DNA of 63,800 nucleotides, counting the filler, from Dicyema japonicum (taxonomy: Eukaryota > Animalia > Dicyemida): the NCBI GenBank assembly GCA_011109175.1. It is 14 parts of 14 records of this genome, joined end to end, with 100 filler letters (N's around TTAATTAATTAA, not from the genome) between each part and the next. Parts side by side here need not be neighbours in the genome. Positions count along the whole stretch, not along the records: positions 11,296 to 15,232 come from RDEW01000323.1; positions 15,333 to 40,612 come from RDEW01000051.1; 12 more parts are not named here. One strand, given 5' to 3'. Under the pieces are notes generated by a model. It was given only the letters and a program-made list of their open reading frames with translations. It was not told the DNA's origin and did no database searches. The translations under genes were made by a program, and so were the position numbers. Positions 13,501-26,130 of the stretch are shown one piece after another (position 1 is the first letter of the stretch; the number at the start of each line of letters is the position of its first letter).

Positions 13501-14521
13501 TTGATAATCGAAAATCATGCACAAGCGAAACCATAAACAGTGTTTACAGTGATGCGAATGTGCTTTAACTAACTAAATCGTGAAATGGATGAGAATTGCT
13601 GAAATAAGAAAAATAAAAATGTAGCTTGATAAAATCGTTGATTTTTTATGAAAGAATCAAATCAAAAACTCAAAATATGGACAAATAAAAGTATTGGAAT
13701 GAGAAATGCCTGATTAATTGGAACTATGGAGAACATAGTGATGTTAAATGCAATTGAGGATATATGCATTAAAAATGCGCGCTAAAGAATCAGCAGAACA
13801 GCATAGCAGTCGGTTAACTTAATTGAGGTCCATAGAGATTTGACAGGCCCTCTGCCGGAGCTAGACCATGTGCACGCTCCACGTGTCAATCCACACAGAA
13901 AAATCCTGACGAGTCTCAATTAATTAATTTTTCACCAACCTTTTCAAAAACCAGATCTGGTAACGGAAGCTTTGCGTTCGTGTAGTTCCACTATCAGACA
14001 ACTCGTTAAATAGTTACTTGGTAAGGGATAATGTTTTGGTCTGTTGGCTAAAAAGGTAAGCAATTATCCCACAAGCAAGTGACTAACATGAAAATCTACT
14101 TCCTTCACGTCGACATAATTGACGTGGAGTTTTCTCTCGCGATAGCAATTTCTTAGCTATTAACACGTGCGACTTCATTTAGTAAACAGCAAATTTTTAT
14201 AAGAAAATTATCGAGTAAATTAACTAATTAAGCGGATTTTAATCGAGATTGCTAGTAATCCCTTTTCTCTTAAAATATGAGTGTACCATAAACTCCCTGT
14301 TACTCTCATCTCCACATCAGATTCAGTCGAAATATCTCTGTTAGAGTTCAGTGGGCTGTCCTCACGGCATGCCAGTTCCACAAGTTGGGAGGTAGCAGAG
14401 GCGTACTCTTCATTGTATACCTTCATCCCATGCTTATGTTCAATGAGCATACTTTCGAGCGTTCTCTTCAGCACAACCGATTGGATGTAAGTCCTCGTTG
14501 ATTCTCAATAGAAGCCCCTTT

Positions 14522-14768
14522 GTTCGAATTTCGTTGCTGTAAATACCGGTTGAAGGTTCCCATATCTACGATGCTTTGACGAGTGACGTCGTCATCAGTG
14601 AACATCTCACTACGGAACCGGATCGTCTATAAAGATTCACAATAAAAAGGAAGTGAAAAGCATTCCTTGGTTCTCCCTCAACGATTAGTTATCATAACTG
14701 TTCTTTACTTAAACAGTGTGTGTCCTGCCTTAACGGAGCTATAGTTAATATAGCTCTCCGTAAAAGTG
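14522..14768 (+). mobile_element. 5'-truncated, diverged SINE copy
   Basis: Starts at the B box GTTCGAATTTCG; core and 3' hairpin GAGCTATA-gttaa-TATAGCTC followed by CGTAAAAGTG. Confidence 0.75.
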
Positions 14769-16117
14769 TAGTTTTTTTGAATAATACTGAATACAAAAAT
14801 TCGTTGTTAATCATTTCCAATAACTTTGAACTATTTTTCGCAGGTTCAATTCAGAAGAATCATCCAACATGAAATTTTGAGTTTTGGAATCCGCGATCGC
14901 GTCCATATGTGTTTTTTTTAAATTGACAGTCCGCAGGACTCCCATTTTCCTTAGACAAACAGTAAATTTTATCAGTATACATTCACTCTGAACACAACAG
15001 TCGTGGTAAAGTGTGGATCCGTATCAAGTGGCTGAATGATCCACCTGCATGCTCCTTGACTTACAATGGAAATAAGTATTTTCATTCCAAAATCACGTTA
15101 ATCCAAAGACTTGGGATTCAATAATCGATTTTCTTGACAGGTTTCTGTTTCCATACATTGGTTCAAATCCAAGGCATTCGTAATCTGAAATCAATATTCA
15201 TTAACTGTTCTAGTCCTACTCTTCTATAAAAANNNNNNNNNNNNNNNNNNNNNNNNNNNNNNNNNNNNNNNNNNNNTTAATTAATTAANNNNNNNNNNNN
15301 NNNNNNNNNNNNNNNNNNNNNNNNNNNNNNNNTTTTTTTTTAAATTACACGTCATAAATTGTTTTTTGTTGTGTATTAGCAGTCGTCATTCTGCAAGATC
15401 GTGGTGGAATCACGTGATTATTTAGTTTGTTAAATCAATTTCTCTAGTGTTATTATTATGACAGATTTTATTTTCAAAGTTATTAAAACTATTAGAACCC
15501 ATAGGCAAAAATAAGGAACGAATTTCAAAAGCAAATTCCAAAAACTCATACATATTTACAAAATCACCTAAATGATATTTTGCCAAAAATGTTGTTAGAT
15601 AGCAAGATCATCTCAACAATACTACAGCGATCAACATTTCAATAGATTAAGACAGTATGTCAAAGTATAGACCACTTAATTTATTTTTACTGATGATAAT
15701 TAAGAAATGGATATCTTTTTAAAGAGTTTTTTAAATTCCGAATTCCACTTGACAAATTAGAGATTAGTTGTAAAAAAGCTATTTGTTAAATTAAATTATC
15801 ATGACCCTTCAATTACAGTTCGCTGAAAAAGATACATTAGATCTTCAATTTATTGAACTACAAAAAAATGAACAAACAATTCTACTCACTTATTGAGGAA
15901 TGAATAGTAATGAAAATAATATAAAATGTTGTAATTGTCGGGACATTTTTTATTCATGAGACTTTATACATTGCTAGGGAGAATTTTTTTTAACCTAAAA
16001 AATAAAACATTTAACCTAAAAAAATTAACTTTATTAACCTAAAAACTAAAAAATTAACCCAAAAATTCAATTTTATAACTAAACAATAAAAACACTAAAA
16101 CTTTTTGTTACACATAC

Positions 16118-16426
16118 GGGTGGCTTAGTGGTTAGGTGTCGGGCTTAAGTGGCTTAGGCTACGGGTTCGATTCTCGCTGCTGTTTACCTGGTGGAAGGTT
16201 CCACGCATCTACGATGCAGAAAGGGTTTGACAAGTGACGCCGTCATCAGTGGATACTCACTGCGGAACTGGATTGTCTAGAAAGGACACTCACACAAGAA
16301 AAAGAAGTGAAGATCATTCCTTGGTTTTACGATTAGTTAAAATTAACTGTTCTTTACTTAAATAAAGTGTGTGTCCTGCCTATGCGGAGCTTTAAATACT
16401 ATGGCTCTCGTGAAAAGGCTTTATTA
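16118..16426 (+). mobile_element. tRNA-derived SINE, full length, absent from the duplicate copy
   Basis: A/B boxes and tail; empty site TTGTTACACGTACAAATTAC at ~27515-27534; possible short TSD ATAC. Confidence 0.9.
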
Positions 16427-16631
16427 TACAAATTACATAATTTTCTAAATTTTCTGGTAGAAAATATCTGTTGGATCTTAGAAAATGTCTTATCTCAGAG
16501 AAACTTCGTTCAACCGAGCACTAAGTTGGCTAACAATTAAGGAATAATGAATATTCGGCAGGAGATATGTGTGAATTAGTCATTTTAATTATGTTTGAAA
16601 TATCATTTTTGAAGCCTTTTATTCATGTATT

Positions 16632-16790
16632 CGTTGGTCCAATGACGGCTGAGTTCTTGCGAGAACTTAGAGGATTGCTTGCCAGAAAGAAAAGGGATCA
16701 ACGAGAAGGGTTATGACTAAGACAAAAGATTGGAATGGACATACTCCGAGGGAACTCGTTCGCAATCCACGCAGCAGGCTTCCTCAACTG
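16632..16790 (+). mobile_element. CRE-like subfamily 1, 3' fragment (shared by both duplicate copies)
   Basis: Near-identical to 1400-1556; paralogue at 27726-27884. Confidence 0.8.
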
Positions 16791-17380
16791 TATTCTTTAA
16801 TAAATTTGTTGTCATTTTCAAATTCCAACGAGTCTAAACCATCACATGTTTGTTTAATTGTGAAGCGTGTACTTTAATAATAATATCTGCAATAGCGACA
16901 CTATTCGGAAACCTGGAATGTTCGAATAGCTTCAGATAAGGTCACATAAACTGCTAACTAACGGTGAGGGAACTTTTACAGAGCCTCCGTAAAACAATTC
17001 TCTAAGCCACGGCATAGATTGTTTGTTTAGTGGAATATCAGATTTTATAAATTCTCTGGTTACTTGTAGAGCCCAATCATCATTTTTGGAATATTGGTCA
17101 ATGTGTGTTTGGTGCGATTCGGTCAGATAATTTAAAAAAATAATTGTTATATCGCAAAACTCAATGAATTTTCATCAAAATAAAATTTGATTGAAATTTA
17201 CAAAATGCCTTTTTTTGCCTTTTCTCGCATTTTATATTACACAAACAGAGTCGACAATATAGCGCACCATCCTCAAGAATCATAAATTCTTTAGGATAAT
17301 AGTTTACAATGGCCTTAGCTTTAATTTGGTACGATTTTGCTATCTTAGGTATGTCAACCAAAAATTTTAGTGGCAAAATA
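16791..17380 (-). mobile_element. hAT-derived, CGGBP1-like zinc-finger transposase remnant
   Basis: YPKEFMILEDGALYCRLCLCNIKCEK ... LQVTREFIKSDIPLNK; paralogue at 27885-28550. Confidence 0.5.
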
Positions 17381-17764
17381 TTTTAATAATAGTTAATTTA
17401 AAAAATTAATAAATTAAATCAAAAATTATAAAGTTAAAATTATTTTAAATTTTAACTTTTTAACCTAATAATTTTTTTAATATACATTTATTTATAATAA
17501 AATATAGTTAAAAGTCATTTTAATGATTATTTTTTAACTATTATTAAATTTTAATTTTTTTAACTTAGTTCGCCCTATACATTGCACAATCAGCTATAAA
17601 TTCAGTACATTGTAATAGAAATGAAGATTTGCAAGGAAATGCGCTCAATGAAATTTATCTTTTGAAATTATTAAAGTGCAGAGCTACGTTTGATGAGTTA
17701 ATGAGTCAGCTACTTTCTCTCCGATCATTTTCCTCTTCACAAAGAATGCTTTAATTTAAACAAT

Positions 17765-18130
17765 CGGAGACGTTACCTGCACCGACACTTTTGTTTCTTG
17801 CACCCTACTCACGAGTGCCTCTGGAGCCTGTTCTGCCGCTGAGAAGGCTGAGAAGATGAAACGGGAAATATACACGCTCATGTACAAGGAATTTTTTGTT
17901 TGTTCCACTCGCCGTTGAGACGTCTGGTTCCCTTGTTTCTGCGACGCTAAACTTTTTGAGTTGTCTAGGGAATAGGATTGCTACACGAAAAGAAGACCTC
18001 GGTGAGTGCTACTGTTTATTTGAGCGAATCTCGCTCGCTATCCTAAGAGGGAATATCCATGCATTCAGGGCAGCTTCTATATGACCGTAACTCAATTTTC
18101 TTTCTTAAATAAATTCCTTATTTAAAAAAA
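17765..18130 (+). mobile_element. CRE-like subfamily 2, 3' RLE fragment
   Basis: DVTCTDT..AAEKAEKMK..FVPLAVETSG..LFERISLAILRGNI; paralogue at 29070-29530. Confidence 0.75.
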
Positions 18131-18839
18131 ATTAGAGAAGACATAGAAGCATGAAATTATAAAATTTTTCATATTACTTGTTTTTTTTATTTGGTAAAAT
18201 ATTGTACAGTGAAAATAAAGTCTAATATTCCTCAGTTACAGACTTAACTGGAAAAATGAATATTTCTCTTTTGAAATTAATAAAGTGCAGAGCGACGTTT
18301 GATGAGTTAAATTACCTCCAGATGCAATTATCATAAAATGGGGGATTTTTTTAAAGCGGCTTTTTATTACAGTCTGACCCCGTTTTGGAGAACACCCGGC
18401 TATGGGATACCCTCCGTTTTTTGGGCACTTTTCTAATGAGAATATACTACTAATTTTTAAATTTATGTGCAAATTTAATGATCCCGGTTTGGGACAGCAT
18501 AATTTAATTAATTTATTTTTAAATTAAAAAATAAATTTATTTATATTATACTTTACACGTGTATTTTAAATTTTTTCATCGTGGTTACTGATTATTATTA
18601 TAAAGTTAAATTTTCAAATCATTACAAAACAATGAATTATCTGAGAGAGAACTAGTAAAGAAACTTAAAACTATAAAAGGTCCATTTTTTATTATTATAA
18701 AGTTAAATTTTCAAATCATTACAAAACAATGAAATATCTGAGAGAGAACTAGTAAAGAAACTTAAAACTATAAAAGGTCCATTTTTAACTATTTTAAATG
18801 TTAGGTACCATTTCGCGAAAAAGAAATATATATTTCGTT

Positions 18840-19700
18840 TCTGAATACGGGATCAGATATAGAAAGACAAGATATAGAAACTGAATTTGTTTCGAATTCA
18901 AAGTCTTCAAATCAATGCAATTTATTGGATGACCTAATTTATCTTTCTTTTCGCACCATACGAGAAAATTATTATTTTTAGTTTCTGGAACTACAATAAA
19001 CGGGATTGTGAAAAACATTTCAAAAAAAATAAATTTTACCCAATTCAATCGTCAAATGAATGGCTTAACCGGTTCAAGAATAGTCGTGAATTGTTTTTCA
19101 AAACCAATAGAGGGAATAATCTTCTTGGGATAAAAGAAATTTACCAGATTTATTGATAATTTTAATTATCATTATCGAACATTTAGTCTCTATAATATAT
19201 TTAATTGTGACGAAACAGTTTATTTGTCAAAAAACTGCAAACAAAATCTTTTGTCGAAAATACCGATAACTACTTCTGAACGAAATAATGAATGAAAAAA
19301 GTTACGGTTATTTTTTGCTGCAGCTCTGAGGGCGAAAGTTAGAACCTCTCATAATGGAAATGTTTAAGTTTTTTTTGTATTAATGGTTTTTTAAACAATT
19401 GTGTGATAATTTATTTAGGTTTCAATTTCAAAGAATATTAATCCAAAAAAGCATTGATGACAAATATTATTTTTTTCGGATGTGGCTGTGCAAAGTAAAA
19501 GACGAAATGGAACTGAATCAAAGGATTATTGTTTGCTTTTAGACCACGCCAGTTGTAAACAATATTCTGAATATTCTATATTAAAATATTTTTTTTCAAA
19601 AAACACAACATCTGTTATCCAACTATTGGATATGGGAATTATCAAGTCTTTCAAAATGCATTACGCAAATAATTTAATTGAATATGCTTTCACATTTTCT
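18840..19700 (+). mobile_element. pogo/Tigger (DDE_1) transposase remnant
   Basis: SNEWLNRFK, IFNCDET, LLLDHASC, TTSVIQLLDMGIIKSFKMHY. Confidence 0.75.
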
Positions 19701-19749
19701 TGGTTCAGATGGTGCGTGCCTCTCTTGCACAAGATGTCTTCTTCGTGCA

Positions 19750-20272
19750 ATCAATCTTTCCTGTTCACTATTGGATCATTCAATGTGAGAGGACTAACAT
19801 CGTACGTAAAAAGGACCTCCAACGATATGGAATATCTGTTATTGAACCAATTGTACTTTACAACGCAGGGACCTAGGCTCAAACCATCAAAGAACTGGAA
19901 AACCAGAACTTTTTCCACAGAAAACAATCGCGGTTTTAGTGAGTCTACTGCGAAACCGGAAAAACAGCAACGAGCTATATAGAATTACTCAAACAAAAAA
20001 TATTGGGAAAAAGTTACTTTCGCGAAGTGCCAACTCTTTGGAAATATTTTAGGAGCATNGGACGACCTAGATCGACACTTCCGACTGCCTTAAACAGAGA
20101 TTTAATTTGTGTGAGAAAAAATCTAAATACGGGGGACGACCTGGACGAATTGAGATCACTCCCATTCGACAGAGGAAGATGGAAAAGACAAACTATAAAT
20201 ATTATTTCGTTGACTGTTGCACATGCGGGGCTATAAATATTATGGCTTTCGTAAAAGTGCCATAATAATAAT
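19750..20272 (+). mobile_element. RTE LINE: internally deleted 5'/3' fusion with intact 3' tail
   Basis: SFNVRGL joined to ...GRPRSTLPTAL..DLDELRSLPFDRGRWK, then ATGCGGGGCTATAAATATTATGGCTTTCGTAAAAGTGCC(ATA)n. Confidence 0.7.
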
Positions 20273-20274
20273 AC

Positions 20275-21080
20275 GGGATCAGTTCTAGATCAAGAAACTG
20301 AATTTGTTTCGAATTAAAAGTCTTCAAATCAATGCAATTTATTGGATGACCTAATTTATCTTTCTTTTCGCACCATAAGAGAAAATTATTATTTTTAGTT
20401 TCTGGAACAACAATAATCGGGATTGTGAAAAACATTTCAAAAAAATAAATTTTACCCAATTCAATTGTCAAATGGGTGGCTTAACCGGTTCAGAATAGTC
20501 GTGAATTGTTTTTCAAACCAATAGGGGGAATAATCTTATTGGGATAAAAGAAATTTACAGATTTATTGATAATTTTAATTATTATTATCGAACATTTAGT
20601 CTCTATAATATATTTAATTGTGACGAAACAGTTTATTCTTCAAAAAACTCCAAACAAAATCTTTTGTCGAAAGTACCGATAACTGTTTCTGAACGAAACT
20701 ATGTAAGGAAAAAGTTACGGTTATTATTTGCTGTAGCTTTGAAAGTGAAAGTTAGAACTTCTCGTAATAGAAATGTTAATTTCTCTTCTTTGTATTAAAG
20801 GTATCTAAACAATTGTGTGATAATTTTTTTAGGTTTCAATTTTAAAGAATATGGGTTTAAAAAAGCATTGATGACAAATAATATTTTTTTCGTATGCGGC
20901 TGTGCAAAATAAAAGACGAAATGGAAATGAATCAAAGTATTATTGTGTTGCTTTTAGACCACGCCAGTTGTAAACAATATTCTGAATATTTTAAATTAAA
21001 ATATTTTTTTCAAAAAACACAACATCCGTTATTCAATGTGAGAGGACTAACATCATTACGCAAATAATTTAATTGAATTT
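20275..21080 (+). mobile_element. Second tandem pogo/Tigger remnant
   Basis: Paralogous to 18840-19700 (GWLNRF, NCDET, LLDHASC). Confidence 0.7.
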
Positions 21081-21159
21081 GCCTTCACATTTTTTTGGTT
21101 CAGGTGGTGGGGTGCCTTTTTTGCACAAGATGTCTTCTTCATGCAATCAATCTTTCCTG

Positions 21160-22930
21160 TTCACTATTAGATCATTCAATGTGAGAGGACTAACATCGTA
21201 CGTAAAAAGGACCTTCAACGATATGGAATATCTGTAATGGCCTGTATGGGTATCGACTGCTCCTGTTGCCGTCAGACTGCCGACATTATGGGATGGACTT
21301 CGCTACATGTGTGGACGCAGCTGAGGGAGTTCAAAGAGCATTGAGTATAACGACTGGATTGCAATCCTCCAACTACGCCTCGGAAACAACCATAATACTA
21401 CTCTATCGATTATCAATGTATATGCACCGACCACAGTGAGTGCATCCGCCAATACAGAGAAACTTGACAATTTCTACTCGTCCTTATCATCGGCTTACTC
21501 CTCATCACTCATTACGAAGTCGTTTTAGCTTTGGGTAAACTAAAGAATGGCAGAGCCCCTGGACCGGACAACGTGAATGCAGAAATATTGAAATCCGCCC
21601 AGACTGGTGGCTGAGTTAATCAGCACAGGTCTGAACAGAACGTTCAAATGTCACAGTCCATTTGATGCGGGAAATGGCACTTTGATCCCAAATCAGGAAC
21701 CTGGATAGGAAAGAGGAAATCTAAACTGCCTAAGCCCCATAAAATTAATGAATACGATAAGGCAAATACTTTCCCTTGTTGTTCTGGATCTTAATTCAGT
21801 CCCTGTAAATGAGTTCCTGAACCCAAGTCAAAGTGAATTCAGAACTGGAAGTTCGACGGCAGACGTTGTATGGTGCCACAGGTGAATGTGTGTAATGTGC
21901 TAGAAACACAAAGATCTCAATCCTTGGAATTGAATTATCCCGTGTTTTCTACACTATCAACCGCCAGAAGTTAATGCACGTACTGGAGACTATTCTAGAC
22001 ATCACGTATGATCAGATTTTTACTCTTCAACACATCGCTATCAGTTCTCGTGGAAAATTACAATTCAACAAGATTTAAAACCGACAACGGTGCACCACAG
22101 GGAGACTCGTTATCCAAGGTCCTATTCATAATAAACTTGGAGGAACATCTAAGACGGAAAAAGATTGTTTCTCTAACGTAATGGAAGTAATTTACGTCGA
22201 TGATATTGATTTCGTCTGCCGGTATAAGGATATGATGGAAACTATACTAAAAGTGATCCCTCAAGGCTTGGAGGACTGGCCCCTGGTAGTATACCCAGAC
22301 AAAAACGGAAAAAACTAGCACATCCCGTTCCATGACGAGGAAAAGTCTAGAACATGCAAGAAAGTTGGATCTCTCCTCGGGGACTCGGAGGACGTTATTC
22401 ACAGGAAAGTTCTGGCAGTTGCTTCATTCAAAAAGTGTGGGCGATCTGGATGCGACGAGATTCATAGGTACTCGGACGTACAACTCCTTTATTGAACCAA
22501 TTGTACTTTACAACGCAGGGACCTAGGCTCTATCCATCAAAGAACTGGAAAACCTGAACTCTTTCCACAGAAAAAACTGCGACTTCTTTTGGGAGTCTAC
22601 TGGTCAAACCAGATAACCAACCAACAACGAGCTATACAGAATTACACAAACAACAAAATTGGGAATAAAGTTACTTTCGCGAAGTGCCAACTCTTTGGAA
22701 ATATTTTAGGAGCATCGGAAATGGCACCGTCCAATCAGGCCATGAAATCATGCTTTTCTGTATTAAACAAAACAACGTATCGAGGTCGACAAAAAACATG
22801 TTGCCGTCGACGCTCGATAAAGAACTCACTTTAATATGAAGAAAAAAGAAAACAGCAGAGGATCTGGATGATCTGAAGGCGGATTCTAGAAAAAGGGGGA
22901 GGATGGAAACGACTCACAGCGCGTCTCCAG
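21160..22930 (+). mobile_element. Degenerate RTE-clade LINE (APE plus RT)
   Basis: FNVRGL, INVYAPT, KLKNGRAPGPDNVNAEIL, GAPQGDSLS, YVDD (22193-22204), NSFIEPIVLYNAGT. Confidence 0.75.
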
Positions 22931-23066
22931 AGATCTATGTCAAAAGTGGATTTTCAAATTAGTTAACTTTTCTGGTTCCGCGGACATTGCTATTAATAAA
23001 ATTATATGAAATTATAAATGTAATTACGAGTAACGAAGAAGATCACATAGAAGACAATGTTCTATA

Positions 23067-23442
23067 CAGGGGTCGGCAAATGGCGCCTCGTAGGAGTTAA
23101 AAATGGCCATCTAAGAAATTTTTTAATACTAAAGGAAACTACCTCCCCCTCAAAAAAAACAATTTTTTCTAACTAAATTGGGCCTCGGGCCAATTAGTAA
23201 AATATTTTGGTTTTACTTATTATAAAAATTACATTAATTTTTTTACGTGTTATTAATTTTTTGTTGTATAAAAATGCCGAATTTTTCGAAAAGAATGAAT
23301 ATTTTTCATACATTTAATGTAGATTAGACTGATGACTGTTTTTTGTTAAAAATTATGGAAAACATTTATGCCGGATATGCTTCGATAAAGTTGCTGTCCA
23401 ACAACTTCATAACATCAAGCGACATTATGAAACTCGGCATTA
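23067..23442 (+). mobile_element. 5' end of hAT (Charlie/SPIN-type) transposon, cut by a gap
   Basis: Terminal CAGGGGTCGGCAAA preceded by TTCTATA target-like sequence; continues as 31990-33180 in the duplicate. Confidence 0.6.
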
Positions 23443-25739
23443 NNNNNNNNNNNNNNNNNNNNNNNNNNNNNNNNNNNNNNNNNNNNNNNNNNNNNNNNNN
23501 NNNNNNNNNNNNNNNNNNNNNNNNNNNNNNNNNNNNNNNNNNNNNNNNNNNNNNNNNNNNNNNNNNNNNNNNNNNNNNNNNNNNNNNNNNNNNNNNNNNN
23601 NNNNNNNNNNNNNNNNNNNNNNNNNNNNNNNNNNNNNNNNNNNNNNNNNNNNNNNNNNNNNNNNNNNNNNNNNNNNNNNNNNNNNNNNNNNNNNNNNNNN
23701 NNNNNNNNNNNNNNNNNNNNNNNNNNNNNNNNNNNNNNNNNNNNNNNNNNNNNNNNNNNNNNNNNNNNNNNNNNNNNNNNNNNNNNNNNNNNNNNNNNNN
23801 NNNNNNNNNNNNNNNNNNNNNNNNNNNNNNNNNNNNNNNNNNNNNNNNNNNNNNNNNNNNNNNNNNNNNNNNNNNNNNNNNNNNNNNNNNNNNNNNNNNN
23901 NNNNNNNNNNNNNNNNNNNNNNNNNNNNNNNNNNNNNNNNNNNNNNNNNNNNNNNNNNNNNNNNNNNNNNNNNNNNNNNNNNNNNNNNNNNNNNNNNNNN
24001 NNNNNNNNNNNNNNNNNNNNNNNNNNNNNNNNNNNNNNNNNNNNNNNNNNNNNNNNNNNNNNNNNNNNNNNNNNNNNNNNNNNNNNNNNNNNNNNNNNNN
24101 NNNNNNNNNNNNNNNNNNNNNNNNNNNNNNNNNNNNNNNNNNNNNNNNNNNNNNNNNNNNNNNNNNNNNNNNNNNNNNNNNNNNNNNNNNNNNNNNNNNN
24201 NNNNNNNNNNNNNNNNNNNNNNNNNNNNNNNNNNNNNNNNNNNNNNNNNNNNNNNNNNNNNNNNNNNNNNNNNNNNNNNNNNNNNNNNNNNNNNNNNNNN
24301 NNNNNNNNNNNNNNNNNNNNNNNNNNNNNNNNNNNNNNNNNNNNNNNNNNNNNNNNNNNNNNNNNNNNNNNNNNNNNNNNNNNNNNNNNNNNNNNNNNNN
24401 NNNNNNNNNNNNNNNNNNTTGATAACAGAGATCCGATCCTTTAACTTGTGTAGATCACAAATCTGAGAAACTGATGACAGACCAGTAATCCATCGACCAG
24501 GGGCGACATACACCCGGGTGGAAAAGAGCTAATTGTTTTTTTTCGAAATCCTTTAAGAGCATTCTGAGCGCCAACAGAATTGTGGTTTCTGGTGAACCAC
24601 ATGACGCCACGCTGAAAGCGAACATTATTATTATTATGAAACTTGCATTAATATTGATTTTATTGTGTTTCCTGTAAAAATAATATCTGATTTAAATAAA
24701 TATATTTAAAATTTGAATTTAATTTGTTTGTTATGGATTATGCAAGTACAATGTCAGATCAGAAAGCATTTCAAAATCGAATTATCGAAATGAAATCTTA
24801 CTCTAAACACGTCGAGTTTATGTGGAGATGTACTTATATTTATACAACTAGTAATGTTTACACTCTCATCAGTATTACTTTTATCCACATTTTATAAACT
24901 GCCACCTTTGCCCGCCAAACAAGTATACTTCAATCTTTATCAAAGGAGACGTTTTTAAATTATTTAAAATTATACTGGCCGTTCATTTTGTCTTTGATTT
25001 TTTTCCTTTCAGTGATCAACGTGGGCTTCAGCAATTTTTTCTACGAATTACAGTAAGTCCACGTTACTGATTTAGATTCCGCGAGCGAATTAACCGAGTG
25101 TTGTCCCTCTTCTCAATGACCAGTGATGACGTGAATTATGGGGTTTTATTATAGGATGGCAATGTTCTACTTCGGAACAATTTGGGGGATAATCGGAGGA
25201 GTCATTCCTTCAGCGGATAATTTTTTTATTACGATTTGTAGCTTTTTTGTTGTAATGTGAATTTTTTGTGTGGTTTATGTTTGTGGGGACTTGATAAAGG
25301 ATTGAGTTATCGTATAATTCTGAGGTTCATGTCTTGACTTTTCTTACTGTTTGTTTTGACTCTGGATTATTTTCCAATAGGAGAGGGTTTCTTCTCTAAT
25401 CTTGCAGAGGACTCCAATTTTCTCTTCATGTCTGACTTACACAAGTTTCCCCAATTTTGAAGATATTGGTGTATCGATGTCTCCTTGTATCTCCTATCTC
25501 CATCAAGCGGAGGTCGAGAGGTCATGTCTACCTTGATTGGATGACGACATTAATCCTACTAGGCGTATGCCATGGCACAAAGTCTAGTCGCTACACATTA
25601 TGCATACAGGAATTTATGTTGTTAACAACCTATGTTAAATATACAACCAAAATTTTTCGAATAACACTAAATTATATTTAGATCAGCCTGATACGACCGG
25701 TTAGGCACCAAATCATAAAAAACCCTAATAATTATGGTA

Positions 25740-26130
25740 TTCTCTACATTGATTTTACTGACTCGTTTGATGAATGATTGACGCTTTCTTATAATGCCTT
25801 TATAATAATCTGTCTGTTAATTGTTGGATTGAAGAAATTTGTAGAATGGATAGTAGGGAGTATTTCGACATATCGGAAATACTATGTATTCATAAGCTTA
25901 TGTAAACTTGGGAGTGAATTTAACTAACTAACATCTTTTTGTCGTTTGAGTGGTTGACCCCTTTGAAGTAATGTCTTTGTCTTTAACTTGCTCTCAGGCT
26001 GTTTTATCAAATGTTGGATTGAATAAAATAGTAGAATAGATAGTTTGGAGTACGGCAAATGCAAAAATATCCATATGCTTATGAGAATTGCTGGAGAACT
26101 TTTACCTAATTTTAAGGCCAGTTCCAAGAG
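25740..26130 (-). mobile_element. LINE RT C-terminal remnant
   Basis: LALKLGKSSPAILISIWIFLHLPYSKL resembles the post-RT region of LINE ORF2; heavily degraded. Confidence 0.35.

Larger units (their letters stand above)
15333..23442. repeat. Copy A of an ~8 kb diverged segmental duplication (or alternative haplotype)
   Basis: Collinear with 26480-32277: e.g. 15345-15720 ~ 26495-26930, 16430-17400 ~ 27525-28560, 17400-19740 ~ 28690-31260, 23160-23442 ~ 31990-32277; both ends abut gaps. Confidence 0.85.

Noticed and set aside
16118-16190. tRNA gene
   Set aside because: A and B boxes are present but I could not fold a full cloverleaf; it is followed by a constant 230-bp body, tail and TSD, so it is a SINE head
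16960-17030. Apparent SINE-tail-like sequence on the minus strand
   Set aside because: Falls in frame within the CGGBP1-like transposase remnant; the similarity is probably chance
23343-24513. Long ORFs at 23343-24422, 23440-24513 and 35557-36576
   Set aside because: Almost entirely N-derived X residues
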